From an uncultured Spirochaetota bacterium (GTDB lineage Bacteria; Spirochaetota; Spirochaetia; SZUA-6; Fen-1364), in assembly GCA_963734545.1 (NCBI GenBank), contig CAVTHO010000004.1:480001-544000 (forward strand): a DNA stretch of 64,000 bases. The letters run 5' to 3'. The notes under the pieces were generated by a model, which saw nothing but the letters and a program-made list of their open reading frames with translations, ran no database searches and had not been told where the DNA came from. Shown piece by piece: positions 10,611-21,085 of the stretch (the first letter of the stretch is position 1; the number at the start of each line of letters is the position of its first letter). Made by a program: the position numbers and the translations under genes.

Positions 10611-11909
10611 CTACTGGATCTGCTCCGCCACTTTCTGCAGGCGCTGTTCCAGCACTCCCTGCAGATCCTGGTCGCTCATCGGGGCGGCCAGGTATTCCTC
10701 CATGATACCGGCAAGCTCGCTTTCCACCTTGGAGCCGTACTTGTTGTAGAACTGCGTGTTGACCTTCCGCGGCTCGGAGAAGTACATGAGCGCGTTCTGA
10801 TCCGGCAGGATGGACGCGAACTCTTTCTTGACGTCCTCCGTGATGTACGCCGGCAGCAGGCCTGCCTTGGCCACGATCCGGGCGCCTTCCGGCCCGCCCA
10901 TCCAGGCAATGAACTTGAACATGGGGTCTTTCTGCTTGGAGTTGGCGTGCACGTGACTGAAAGTCGCATTGCCGAACGTGCGATACGTGGATTCGTCGCA
11001 GGGCATGCGGGTCAGGGACCAGTCGTTCCAGGTGAAGCCCTGCAGGAGGTTCTCGTCCCTCCCTTTGATCATGAAGCCCGGGAACCATTCCCCGATGACC
11101 AGCATGCCGACCTGCCCGGCATAGAACGGCTTGGAATAGTGGGTCTTGGTGATCTTGGTCTCGGTCAATGGCATGATGAGCTGGTCTTTTTCAAGGGTCT
11201 TGCGGTACTTGTAGCTGTTGATGAGGCTCTGGTTGATGTCCACCTTCCCGTCCGCATTGATGAACTGCATGCCATTCTGCAGGGCGGGCATGACATTGTT
11301 GGAACCCCAGGTGTAGAGGAACCCGCCGTACACGTCGGGCACCTTTGCCTTGATCTGACGGGCCACTTCGATGAACTTGGGCCAGGTCCATTGTCCGCTC
11401 TTCACGTAGGTCTCCGGGGTCGGCACACCGGCCTTCTCGAATATCTTCTTGTTGTAATAGGTGAAATAGGAGGCGCCGCGGAACGGAATGGCGACGATTT
11501 CCTTCCCGATGCTGACGCCGCTGACGTAGCCGGCAATGGCATTCAGATCGAAATTGTACTTCTTGCAGAGCTCCGTGAGCGGAGCAATATAGCCGTTGGC
11601 ATAGTGTGAGAAATAATCCGTGGAGCGCTTCTGCATGTACCCGTCCATCGCCGCCCCGCCGGCGAGCAGCGTGGAGATCTTCGCTTCATACTCGCCCGAA
11701 GGGATGAACTTCGCGTCCACGAACACTTCTTTCTGGGACGCGTTGTAGGCGTCGATGATCGGCGGATACGCCGGATCGTCCCAGAGATAGAAAACGACGC
11801 TCGTGGGACCGGCCGCAGCCTTGGGTTCGCCGGCGCCGCCCGCGAAGACCAGGACGCCGCTGAGCGCCAGCATGACCAGGACGCACAATGAGACTCTGGA
11901 TTTCTTCAT
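10611..11909 (-). CDS. Sugar ABC transporter substrate-binding protein (CUT1)
   Basis: Signal peptide ending VFAGGAGE, YYNKKIFEKAGV motif, GGAGGT SD. Confidence 0.92.
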   Translation of the reverse strand: MKKSRVSLCVLVMLALSGVLVFAGGAGEPKAAAGPTSVVFYLWDDPAYPPIIDAYNASQKEVFVDAKFIPSGEYEAKISTLLAGGAAMDGYMQKRSTDYFSHYANGYIAPLTELCKKYNFDLNAIAGYVSGVSIGKEIVAIPFRGASYFTYYNKKIFEKAGVPTPETYVKSGQWTWPKFIEVARQIKAKVPDVYGGFLYTWGSNNVMPALQNGMQFINADGKVDINQSLINSYKYRKTLEKDQLIMPLTETKITKTHYSKPFYAGQVGMLVIGEWFPGFMIKGRDENLLQGFTWNDWSLTRMPCDESTYRTFGNATFSHVHANSKQKDPMFKFIAWMGGPEGARIVAKAGLLPAYITEDVKKEFASILPDQNALMYFSEPRKVNTQFYNKYGSKVESELAGIMEEYLAAPMSDQDLQGVLEQRLQKVAEQIQ

Positions 11910-11929
11910 GACCTACCTCCGTCGCGTGG

Positions 11930-11959
11930 ATTATAGGAGGCGCTGAAAAACGCTGTCAA
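11930..11959 (-). promoter_or_regulatory. Consensus sigma70 promoter of the ABC/GH operon
   Basis: TTGACA-N18-TATAAT. Confidence 0.75.
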
Positions 11960-12007
11960 TTTTGAATACTGAAGGAAACTTCGATTTTGATAACAAAGGC
12001 CCGGATT

Positions 12008-14201
12008 TCAGCGGCTGCCGAGCTGTTGCAGCCGGTATTGATTGGGCGTGAGGCCGGTATTCTTCTTGAAGAGGGTAAAGAAGTAGCTGTAATTGCCGAA
12101 CCCGGCTGTCTGATAGATTTTTTTCACCGGCAGCCGCGTATGCGCGAGCTGATCTTCGCAATACTTCAGCCGGAGCTCGTTGATGGTCTCGGAAAGGGAG
12201 CCCCCGAACGTGTTCTTGTAGACGAAACGGACGTAATATGCCGTGACGCCCATGACATCGGCGATACTGTCCGTGCACAGCGTGACGTCCTGGAAGTGCT
12301 GCGCGATATAGTCCTGGGTCCTGCGGGCCAGCTCTTCCAGCCGGCGGCCCTGCTTCTTCTGGCAGATTTCCGCGATCGTCGAATAGGTTTCCATCAGCCG
12401 GCCCTTCAGGTCCTCCAGCGTCTCCGACGACCTGACCATCTGGAGGAGTCCCCTCAGCGTGACAGCGGATCCTTTCAGGCTGCGGTCCAGCTTCTCCAGC
12501 TGCTTCGAGGTCTGATACACGATGGACTGCACCATGAAGCTGTAGTCCTCGGAGCCGTGTGCCTTCACGCCGGCGAGGAGCTCTTCCACGATCTGTTCCA
12601 CCCGGGTCATCCTGCCCAGGGCCAGCTCCTGGAAGAGCACCTGGATGCGCTCTTCCGGAAACACGTACTCGCCCTCGCTCTCCTGGTCGATATCCCGCGC
12701 CTGGATTATCGAGTTGCCGCCGAACCGGAAACGGAGCTGTGTCGCGGCCAGGCAGGCGTTGTACATCTCGTGAAGAGAATCACGACGGGGAAAGACGTCA
12801 CTCAGCCCGATGGTGAATGTGACAGCGTGCTCCTTCATGAGGATCTGCTGGACGCCGCGCAGGGCGGCTTCCAGTTCGGCCACGGTACTCCGTGGCATTT
12901 GGTCTGCCGGGGAGTGCCCCTGCGCGATGAGGCACACGTGGTCCCGCTGCACCTGCAACACGGTGCTCGGCACCGGGCAGGAGACGCGAGAGGTGCTCTT
13001 TCAACGCAAGGAAGAACCGGGAGATGTCATCTGATTGCAGCTTCTCGACGAGCCGCTCGTAGTTGTCCAGCCGCAGGACCGCGACCAGGAACGGACCCTC
13101 CTTCAGCTCCTCTTCCAGGTACTCCCGGTAGCTCTCCGGTGATTCGGGGTCCAGCTCGCCCAGGACCAGCCCGCGGATCACCTCCTGCTTCACCAGCACC
13201 TGGCTTTTTTCCAGCCGCGAGATCGGCGAATAGATTTTCCACGAGCCGATGTAGGACAGGCAGACGGAGAGAAGCATGAGCAGGACGAACACCACGGCCG
13301 CGACGATCAGGAAGTCCGTCAGGTTGCGGAAGATTTCCTCGTAGCCGATCGTGTTGATGAAGCGCCAGCCCCAGGCCGGGTGGGTCGTATAGGAGACCAG
13401 GTAGCGCCTGCCCTCGAACGAATCGGTGAAGACTCCCTCATCCTTCCCGGCGGGCAGCCTGTCGTAGACGGTCCCGAACCGGCTCGGATCCGGATGCGCC
13501 AGCACCCTTCCGTCCCGGTCCACGATGATCAGCCGGCTGGTGGAGCCGGGCGGGGCGGGAAAGAAATTGTCGATGATCTTCTTCACGCTGATATTGACGA
13601 TCAGCGCCCCCTGCATGGACGGGCCCGCATCCGGCATGTCTCCCACCACGATGGAGAGGACGTCGAGCGTATCCTCGGTGGCGGAGTCCGGCCGCCAGAC
13701 GCTGTCGCGTATGCGGTACGTCATCTTTCGGGGGATGTAGCGATACACGCCGTAGCGGCGGATATCCTGCAGCATCCCGGGAAGAGTGTAGTCGCTGCAC
13801 GAGAGCCCTTCGTAACCGTTGACCGTGGAAAAAAACTGCCGGCTCTGGCTGTTGTAGACATAGATGGAATCCACCAGGTAGTAGGCGGAGAGCACGTCCA
13901 GGAGCCGGTCGATCCCGGCCGAGATCTCGGTTCGCTTCAGCGTGCGGGAGTTGATCAGGGTGCTGATTGCCGGCTCGCTCCTGATCTGCCGGAAGGAAGG
14001 GATGAGCCATTCGTGCAGGGCGTTGAATATGGACTCGGTCTGGGCCAGCAGGCTCATTGACTGGTTGTGGATTTCCCTGGTCACGATGTTCCTGAAGGAA
14101 AAATACAGGATGCAGAGGGTCAGCAGGAGAATTCCCAGCGAAAGGAAGATTCCATAGCTGAATATCCTGATGAATGTGCTTTTTGCCGGGCCGGAACGCA
14201 T
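12008..14201 (-). CDS. Membrane-anchored Cache-domain AraC family regulator; frameshift near 12975
   Basis: ORF 12798..14201 gives TM-Cache-TM (IVDRDGRVLAHPD); ORF 12008..12973 ends in an AraC HTH (GFGNYSYFFTLFKKNTGLTPNQYR). Confidence 0.85.
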
Positions 14202-14298
14202 GGGGTGGCCCGTATTCTAACACGGGCGCCGCATAATCATCAATTTGGGTGTCACAACCGCTGATTCGGCGCGTCTAATGTTATAATAGGGGGAAAAT

Positions 14299-15075
14299 AT
14301 GAAAGTCATGGAAACGGCTGTCGACAGGATCATGGAAATGGCGCGGGCCGGGGATGTTCCTGTGGTCGGCACCGGGCCGTGCGTGGGCATGGAGGACGAA
14401 CCGCCGGGATACCGTCCATCGGACCTCCTGCCCGGCGCGCAAAGCATGATCTGCTTCGGGATCCCCGCGCCTCACGGCGTCTATCAGGCCACTCCCCGCA
14501 CGGCGGAGATGGTATGGCGGTCCCAAAGCCTGCTGTACCGTCGACTGGACACGCTCTCCCTGGCATTTGCACAGGTCATGGAAGAATTGGGCGCCCGCGC
14601 CGTGCCCGTATTCGGCTGCAGTCCCATGGCCGTCGATGCCCGGGGCCGTGTGGTCGGTTACGTGAATCAGCTTCGCATGGGCGCGCTGACCGGGATCGGG
14701 ACCATCGGGCGCAACGGCCTCCTGCTTCATCGGCGGTACGGCGCGCGGCTCATGCTCGGGGCAGTGCTGACGACGCTCGACCTGCCCGAAGCAAGAATCC
14801 CCGATGAAGAACAACCGGATTGCCCTCCGAACTGCCGGATCTGCATCGATGCCTGTCCCGTGCGGGCGATCCTGGGCAGAACGAGACGGGTGAACATCAT
14901 GCGCTGCCTGGCCTGTACCGCCCGGACACCCTTCATGTCCAGGCTGCAGTTCGCATTCCTCTCCAAGGTCCGGCCCACGGCCGCCGCGCGCCTTTTGAAC
15001 CTTCGCGCCTTCGACGAACACACGATGCACGTCTGTTCGCGCTGCGTCGTCGACTGCCCCTATGGAGAGGAATAG
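14299..15075 (+). CDS. Epoxyqueuosine reductase (QueG)/reductive-dehalogenase-like Fe-S protein
   Basis: GIGTIGRNGLLLHRRYGARLMLGAVLT, CxxxCxxCxxxCP and C-terminal CxxCxxxCP; TATAAT upstream. Confidence 0.8.
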   Translation: MKVMETAVDRIMEMARAGDVPVVGTGPCVGMEDEPPGYRPSDLLPGAQSMICFGIPAPHGVYQATPRTAEMVWRSQSLLYRRLDTLSLAFAQVMEELGARAVPVFGCSPMAVDARGRVVGYVNQLRMGALTGIGTIGRNGLLLHRRYGARLMLGAVLTTLDLPEARIPDEEQPDCPPNCRICIDACPVRAILGRTRRVNIMRCLACTARTPFMSRLQFAFLSKVRPTAAARLLNLRAFDEHTMHVCSRCVVDCPYGEE

Positions 15076-15076
15076 A

Positions 15077-15961
15077 ATGGAGGACATGTTCCGGGCGGCC
15101 TACACGGGAGACCGGGATGACGGCACACTGGTGGCCGGTGCCCAGTGCGGAGACAAGGCCGCGCTCGAGGCACTGATCGGCAGGCACCAGGAGTGGATCT
15201 ACAACATCGCCCTGCGCATGGTGGGCAATCCCGACGACGCGGCTGATGTCACGCAGGAAATACTCGTCAAGCTCATGACCCGGCTCTCGAGTTTCGAGAA
15301 ACGGAGCAGCTTCAGGACCTGGGTGTATCGCATCGTGGTGAACCATGTGCTGACCATGCGGCGGCGCGTGTGGGAACGGCTGTTCTACTCTTTCGAGCGT
15401 CACGGCGCTCTCATCGAGAGCCTTCAAGATGCCGGCGCGGGATACGCGCCGCCCGACCCGGCAGAGGAGAAGCTGCTGCGGGACGAGACCAGGACCGGCT
15501 GCCTGACAGCGATGCTGTTATGCCTGGACAGGAGCGAGCGCATTGCGCTCATCCTGGGAACCCTCTTCGGAGTGAGCTCGACGCTGGGCGGGGACCTGAT
15601 GGAAATCACCCCGGAGAACTACCGGCAGATCGTCTCGCGTGCCAGGAAGCGGCTCGCCAATTTCATGAATGAAAAATGCGGCCTGATGAACGAAGCAAAC
15701 ACCTGCCGCTGCGCAAAGACGATCCCGGCCGCGGCAAAGGCGGGGTTGGTGAACCCGAAGAGGCTGAGATTCGACCTTCCCTGGCTTCACCGTGTCCAGG
15801 ACCTGGTTGCGGAGAAGGCGCCGCTCGTCGATGCCGCGCTGGAGATGAGGCTGCAGAACCTCCTTCGCGAACAGCCCCTGTACACGGCCCCGGACTTCAA
15901 ACGGCTGATCGGCGTCATCCTTCGACGCAGAGACGTGGAAGAGATCATCAATTTCAATTAG
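15077..15961 (+). CDS. ECF sigma-70 factor with Cys-rich C-terminal extension
   Basis: DAADVTQE and FRTWVYRIVVN (region 2), region 4, then CGLMNEANTCRC. Confidence 0.88.
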   Translation: MEDMFRAAYTGDRDDGTLVAGAQCGDKAALEALIGRHQEWIYNIALRMVGNPDDAADVTQEILVKLMTRLSSFEKRSSFRTWVYRIVVNHVLTMRRRVWERLFYSFERHGALIESLQDAGAGYAPPDPAEEKLLRDETRTGCLTAMLLCLDRSERIALILGTLFGVSSTLGGDLMEITPENYRQIVSRARKRLANFMNEKCGLMNEANTCRCAKTIPAAAKAGLVNPKRLRFDLPWLHRVQDLVAEKAPLVDAALEMRLQNLLREQPLYTAPDFKRLIGVILRRRDVEEIINFN

Positions 15962-15973
15962 GAGGCGGCTCCC

Positions 15974-16456
15974 GTGCGTGGAATAATGCTCATCGTTCTC
16001 GCATCTGCACTTCTGGTCCTGGGCTGCGCTTCGAACATGACACCCTCGGAGGCAGGCAGCGCGGACGCGGCGCGCAAGGTGCTCATTGCCGGAGACAGCA
16101 GCGCGTTCAAGCAGCAGGTCGTGGCCAGGCTCATCGACGACCTCGGGACCGGCGATTGGTATTTCCGGATCGTCGGCCTGGACCGCTTGGAGGAGCAGGA
16201 GACGGGGCAATTCGGGGCAGTCCTCCTGGTTGCCGCTTTCAAGGCAGGGCATCTGGACAAACGGGTGACCCGCTACCTGGGCAAAGATCCCTCGAATCCG
16301 AAGGTAGTCGTGTTCTTCACCCGCGGAACGGATGACCCGATGCCGGAGCGGGCAAGGCCCGACATCAAGGTTGACGCGGTCAGCTCCGCTTCCCGCGCTG
16401 ACCGGGTGGAAAGCCGGGCAGCGGAGCTGGCCGCTCTCATCAGGCAGAGATTCTGA
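15974..16456 (+). CDS. Putative lipoprotein, flavodoxin-like fold
   Basis: Lipobox LVLGC; KVLIAGDSSAFKQQV; GGAGG SD. Confidence 0.7.
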   Translation: MRGIMLIVLASALLVLGCASNMTPSEAGSADAARKVLIAGDSSAFKQQVVARLIDDLGTGDWYFRIVGLDRLEEQETGQFGAVLLVAAFKAGHLDKRVTRYLGKDPSNPKVVVFFTRGTDDPMPERARPDIKVDAVSSASRADRVESRAAELAALIRQRF

Positions 16457-17510
16457 AGTCTCCCCGGTATTCGCGCACGGCATTCACCATGGCCAGGTAG
16501 CCTGCCGCGGGCACGTAGTCGGGAATCGAGTTTCCCGAGCCGACTGCCAGACCTTCCTGGGCCGCGCACGCGTGGAGAACCTCCAGCGTGTAGCGCCTGA
16601 TCTCCGACTCGGGCAGCGTGCAGAGCGCGTTCATGTCCACACCGCCGAAAAGGCCGATCCCTTTTCCGTAGCGCTCCACCCACACCGGGAAAGGAGCGAT
16701 CTGGTCCTCGTTGGAATGCTTGGCGTCAATGCGCGCGCCTCCGATGATGTCTTCCATGACGTCGAAGATGTTCCCGCAGCAATGCAGGAGGAACGGCGCG
16801 CCGGCGGCGTGCACAAGGTCGACGACGCGGCGATACTGGGGGATGACGAGCGCGCGGATGTCCTGCGGAACGAGCAGCGTGGAAGACTTGAAGCCGAGAT
16901 CGTCTCCGAAACGGCACACGGCGAACAGGTCACCGAACTCGGCAAGAAACCGGCGCCAGATGGAGACCATGAGGTCCCCGACCGCCTGAAACAGATCGGC
17001 GTACAACGGAGGGTCGTCCACCCGAAGCATGCAGAGCGCGGCATAACCGGTGAAATCCTGCACGATCTCGAATACCCCGTTGCCGATGCCCCCGATCCCC
17101 TTCATCCCTGACGGCATGACCTCCCGCAGAGCGCGAAAATCGTCCAGGAACAGCTTCCAGAACGCGCGCTCGACCGTGGAGAAGTCGAAGGCATCGAAAT
17201 CAGCGCGGTCGCGGATGATGCCGGGCACGTGGCCGGAGAGGGCCTCACCGCGCTGGACCACTTCCGTGATGCAGGCCTCGAAGGTAACCGTGTCATACCC
17301 GGTATCCCGAAAGAAATCGCAGTAGCGCGTGAAGTACTCGACCTTGTCACGGTAGGCGCCTCCCTGCAGCGCGGCGAACTCCCTTCCCGTTATCTCCTCC
17401 ATCTTCGAGACGGCGATATTGTGCTCGTAGATCGGCAGGCGCGCCGGCCGCTGATTGCGCGCGGCGGCAAGGACATGATGGAAATCAGGTGAGAAGCCCG
17501 GCCGCGGCAT
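16440..17510 (-). CDS. Uroporphyrinogen decarboxylase / MtaA-CmuA-like family protein
   Basis: GDDLGFK, LHCCGNI, FGGVDMN and GSGNSIPDYVP motifs. Confidence 0.88.
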   Translation of the reverse strand: MPRPGFSPDFHHVLAAARNQRPARLPIYEHNIAVSKMEEITGREFAALQGGAYRDKVEYFTRYCDFFRDTGYDTVTFEACITEVVQRGEALSGHVPGIIRDRADFDAFDFSTVERAFWKLFLDDFRALREVMPSGMKGIGGIGNGVFEIVQDFTGYAALCMLRVDDPPLYADLFQAVGDLMVSIWRRFLAEFGDLFAVCRFGDDLGFKSSTLLVPQDIRALVIPQYRRVVDLVHAAGAPFLLHCCGNIFDVMEDIIGGARIDAKHSNEDQIAPFPVWVERYGKGIGLFGGVDMNALCTLPESEIRRYTLEVLHACAAQEGLAVGSGNSIPDYVPAAGYLAMVNAVREYRGDFRISA

Positions 17511-17528
17511 TCGTCATTCTCCCTCCCG

Positions 17529-18488
17529 CTACTTCTGCAGAAGGTGCAGGGCAAATCCTCCGACCTCCTTGTCCAGGTAGACTGCGATCGTCTTGCCTTC
17601 CTTCTCCTTGGCTGTCTCCGGCTTGATCCCCACCCCGTGACGGGCCAGGTGAGCCACCGCGCGGGGAATGCTCAACGTCGAGACGGCGATGTGCCCGTGT
17701 GCCCCGAGATACGGACTTTTCAGGAGCTCGAAGCCCGTGCCGGCAAACGTGGAGCTGGTGCCATCCTTGACGGCAAAGAAGAAGAGACGCGCCAGAAGCT
17801 CGGCATCCGCCATTGCCTTTGCGGCATCAGTCTGGTTGATGCCGATGTGTGCAAGCTCGAAGCCCAGGGAAATCTGCACGGCCTCGCGCGCCAGTCGGGT
17901 GATCTCATCGAACTTGCCGGCCGAGATGGCCGCTTCCTTTGCGATCCACGTCCCACCCACGGCATGCACGCGATTGAAGGAGAGGTATTCCTTGAGGTTC
18001 GACGCTTCGATCCCGCCCGTGGGAATGAACTGCACGCCGGCATAGGGAGCAGACATGGCCTTGAGATAGTCCAGCCCACCGGACGCGCCGGCAGGAAAAA
18101 ACTTCAGGACCTCGAGTCCCCGTTCCAGTCCCTTCTCCACGTCAGTGGGAGAGTTCACACCAGGAGTCACGGGCACTCCCTTGGAGATGCAGTAGTCGAC
18201 GACCTTCGGATTGAATCCCGGCGTGACGATGAACCGCGCTCCCGCGGCAACCGCGGCATCCACCTGCGCCGTTGTCAGCACCGTGCCCGCGCCCACCAGG
18301 AGCTCGGGACACTCGCGGCTGAGCTCCGCGATTGCCTGCTCGGCGGCGGCGGTCCGGAAAGTGATCTCGGCAACGGGAAGATCTCCCGCAAGAAGGGCCT
18401 TTCCCAGATTCACCGCGTCCGACGCCTTTTCGATCTTCACGACGGGAACGACGCCCACCACCCCCAGCCTCTTCACGACATCATGCAT
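17529..18488 (-). CDS. eda: KDPG/KHG aldolase with ~110-aa C-terminal extension
   Basis: AEITFRT, GAGTVL, LKFFPA, FIPTGGI; extra domain begins LGFELAHIGIN. Confidence 0.92.
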   Translation of the reverse strand: MHDVVKRLGVVGVVPVVKIEKASDAVNLGKALLAGDLPVAEITFRTAAAEQAIAELSRECPELLVGAGTVLTTAQVDAAVAAGARFIVTPGFNPKVVDYCISKGVPVTPGVNSPTDVEKGLERGLEVLKFFPAGASGGLDYLKAMSAPYAGVQFIPTGGIEASNLKEYLSFNRVHAVGGTWIAKEAAISAGKFDEITRLAREAVQISLGFELAHIGINQTDAAKAMADAELLARLFFFAVKDGTSSTFAGTGFELLKSPYLGAHGHIAVSTLSIPRAVAHLARHGVGIKPETAKEKEGKTIAVYLDKEVGGFALHLLQK

Positions 18489-18524
18489 ACGGGACCTCCT
18501 GACAGTGATGACACAGGGGAGACT

Positions 18525-19512
18525 TCACTTGACGATGGGGGTCTTGGTCCGGTCGAAGGTCAGCGTGACGCCGATGATGACCATGACGCCCAGAATGGCC
18601 TGCTGGAGATACTGATCTATGCCGACGACGGTCATCCCGTTGTCCAGCATGCTCATGAACAATGCGCCGAACACGGTGTTGATGACGCCTCCCGTGCCGC
18701 CGGTGAGCGCGGTGCCGCCCACGACGACTGCCGCGATGGAGTTCAACACGTACGCGGTCCCGACCACCGGGTCGCCGCCGTAGCGGATGGAAGAGATCGT
18801 GATGCCCACGAGCGCGGCGCCCAGCCCGGACAGCATGAATGCGATGTTGCGCGTCTTCACGATGTTGATGCCCGACATCCACGACATCTTGATGTTGCTG
18901 CCGATGTAGAAGATGTTGCGGCCGGTGCTGGTGAAACGAAGGATAACGTAGAAGAGTATCAGCACCGCGAGTCCGATGTACGAGGACGTTGCTCACCTTG
19001 AAAGCCGACCCGTTGACGATGTCGACCACGCCGTAAAGATCGGGCGAAAGGTTCACCGGTCGGGGCGACACGAGGTACGCAAGGCTCGTGAGAATGCCGC
19101 CGGTTCCCAGGGTCGCGATGAATGACGGGATCTTTATCCGGGTGAGGATGAGCCCATTGATGTATCCGGCCAGCACTCCCGCCAGAATGCACACCGGATA
19201 CGCGAGGTATCCTATCGGCTTTATCAGGAGGATGAAGGCGACGGAGATGAATGAGACCAGCCCGCCGACGGAAAGGTCGATTCCGCCGACGAGGATCGTG
19301 CACATCTGGCCCAGGGCGACCATCAGGAGGATCGCGGAGAAGCTGATGATGGTGTTGAGGTTGTAGGGAGTCAGGAAGTTCGGATTTCCCAGATAGAAGA
19401 GGAGCCCCACGACAACCAGGAGCGCGACGGTGATGTACACCGGGGGAATCTGCCTCCTGTGCGTCAGTCGCTTTCGCGCTTCCTGCTGGTCCCCGTTCTT
19501 CACTACCACCAC
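18525..19512 (-). CDS. Monosaccharide ABC permease (CUT2, RbsC-like); frameshift near 18985
   Basis: GGIDLSVG and IPSFIATLG (in ORF 18481..19872), IAAVVVGGTALTGG (in 18525..18965); GTG start at 19512 with AAGGAG SD. Confidence 0.88.
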
Positions 19513-21071
19513 TGCGGCTCTCCTTCTAGTACGATCAGGCTGATGATGTCCTGCGGGTTCGGCTTCTGCTTCGGTGAGCTGTCGATCTCCTTCACCAGCC
19601 GGCCGTCCTTCATGATGAGCATCCGGTTGGCCAGCCCGATGTCCTCCTCGAGGGTGTCGCACATGATGAGCATTCCTATCCCTTCCTTCGCCAGCTTCCG
19701 CATGAGCTTGTAGATCTCGTCCTTGGCCCCGACATCGACCCCGCGCGTGGGATGATCGAGGATCAGCAGGCGCACACGGGAGCTGAGCCACTTGGAAATG
19801 ACCGTCTTCTGCTGGTTGCCGCCGCTGAGATTGGCGCACAGCGTGCCAATCGACGGCGTCTTGATCTGGCATTCGGCAATCCAGTGGCTGCGCGTTCTTC
19901 CTCTCGCGCGCCGGGCTCAGGAAGCCTCGCCGTTTTCAGGCGATTGAGAACGAGGAGGTTCACGTTCTCCGCCACGTTCATCATGAGGGCGAGGCCTTCG
20001 CTGCGGCGATCAATCGGGATGTGACCGATCCCCGCCCTGACGGCGCCGCTGGGAGACCCGCTGGGAAGCTTGCTCCCGTCCAGGAAGATGCTGCCGGTGT
20101 CGGCCCTTTCCAGACCCGCGAGGCATTTGCAGACCGCTTCCTTCCCCGAGCCGACCAGCCCGATCAGGCTGACGATCTCCCCCTCCCCCACGGTGAAGCT
20201 GAGCGGCTGAAAGAACCCCGCCTTGCTCAGGTTTTCCACTCTCAGGATCTCTTTTTCCGCCTGCGTCCGCTGCTCATCCTCGTGGAAGCGGTCCACCGAG
20301 AAGGAATGACCCACCATCAGCTGCTCGATTTTCAGGAGGCGCGACTCGGAAGCGGGCATTTCCGTGACATTCTTCCCGTCCTTCAGGACGACGATCCGGT
20401 CGCAGTTCTCGAGGACCTCCTGGATGCGGTGAGAGATGAAAACGATCGACGCCCGATTCTTGAGCTCCTGCAGGATCGAGAACAGCGTTTCCCGCTCGCT
20501 GTCGGCCAGCACCGTGGTCGGCTCGTCCAGGATCAGGACACGGGATTCTCGTGTCCGTACAGCTCCGAAAGCCACAGCAGGCGCGCGATCTCGACCATCT
20601 GCCGCTCCGCCGGGCTGATCTCCGCAACCGGCAGGTCCACGTCGATGTGGAGCTTCATCTGGGCCAGGCAGCTCCCGGGCGGCCGCGCGCATGGACCGCA
20701 GGGACAGGATGCCGAGCCGTGCGGAAGCCTGCCTCATGGCAAAGGAAAAGGTTCTCCGTGACGGAAAGGTTGGGAACCAGGGAACCTTCCTGAAAGACCA
20801 TGCCGATTCCGTTCCTGATTGCATCGGAAGGGTTCTTCAGGGTGATCGGCTCGCCGTGAAGCTTGATGGTCCCCCCATCCGGTTGGATGAGCCCGATCAT
20901 GATCTTCATCAGCACCGATTTCCCCGCGCCGTTTTCACCCACCAGCCCGACCAGCTCGTTGCGCCGGATCGTCAGGTCCACCCTGTCCAGCGCCACGACC
21001 CCGGGAAACTCTTTCGTAATCTGGCGTAGCTCCAGCACAGCTTCCTGGGTGCGGTTGCTCGTGTCATTCAT
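19503..21071 (-). CDS. Monosaccharide ABC ATP-binding protein (RbsA-like), several frameshifts
   Basis: GENGAGKS, LILDEPT, GLVGSGK and LDHPTRGVDVGAK spread over ORFs 20655..21071, 19763..20824 and 19503..19775. Confidence 0.88.
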
Positions 21072-21085
21072 ATTCCCGCCTTGTC

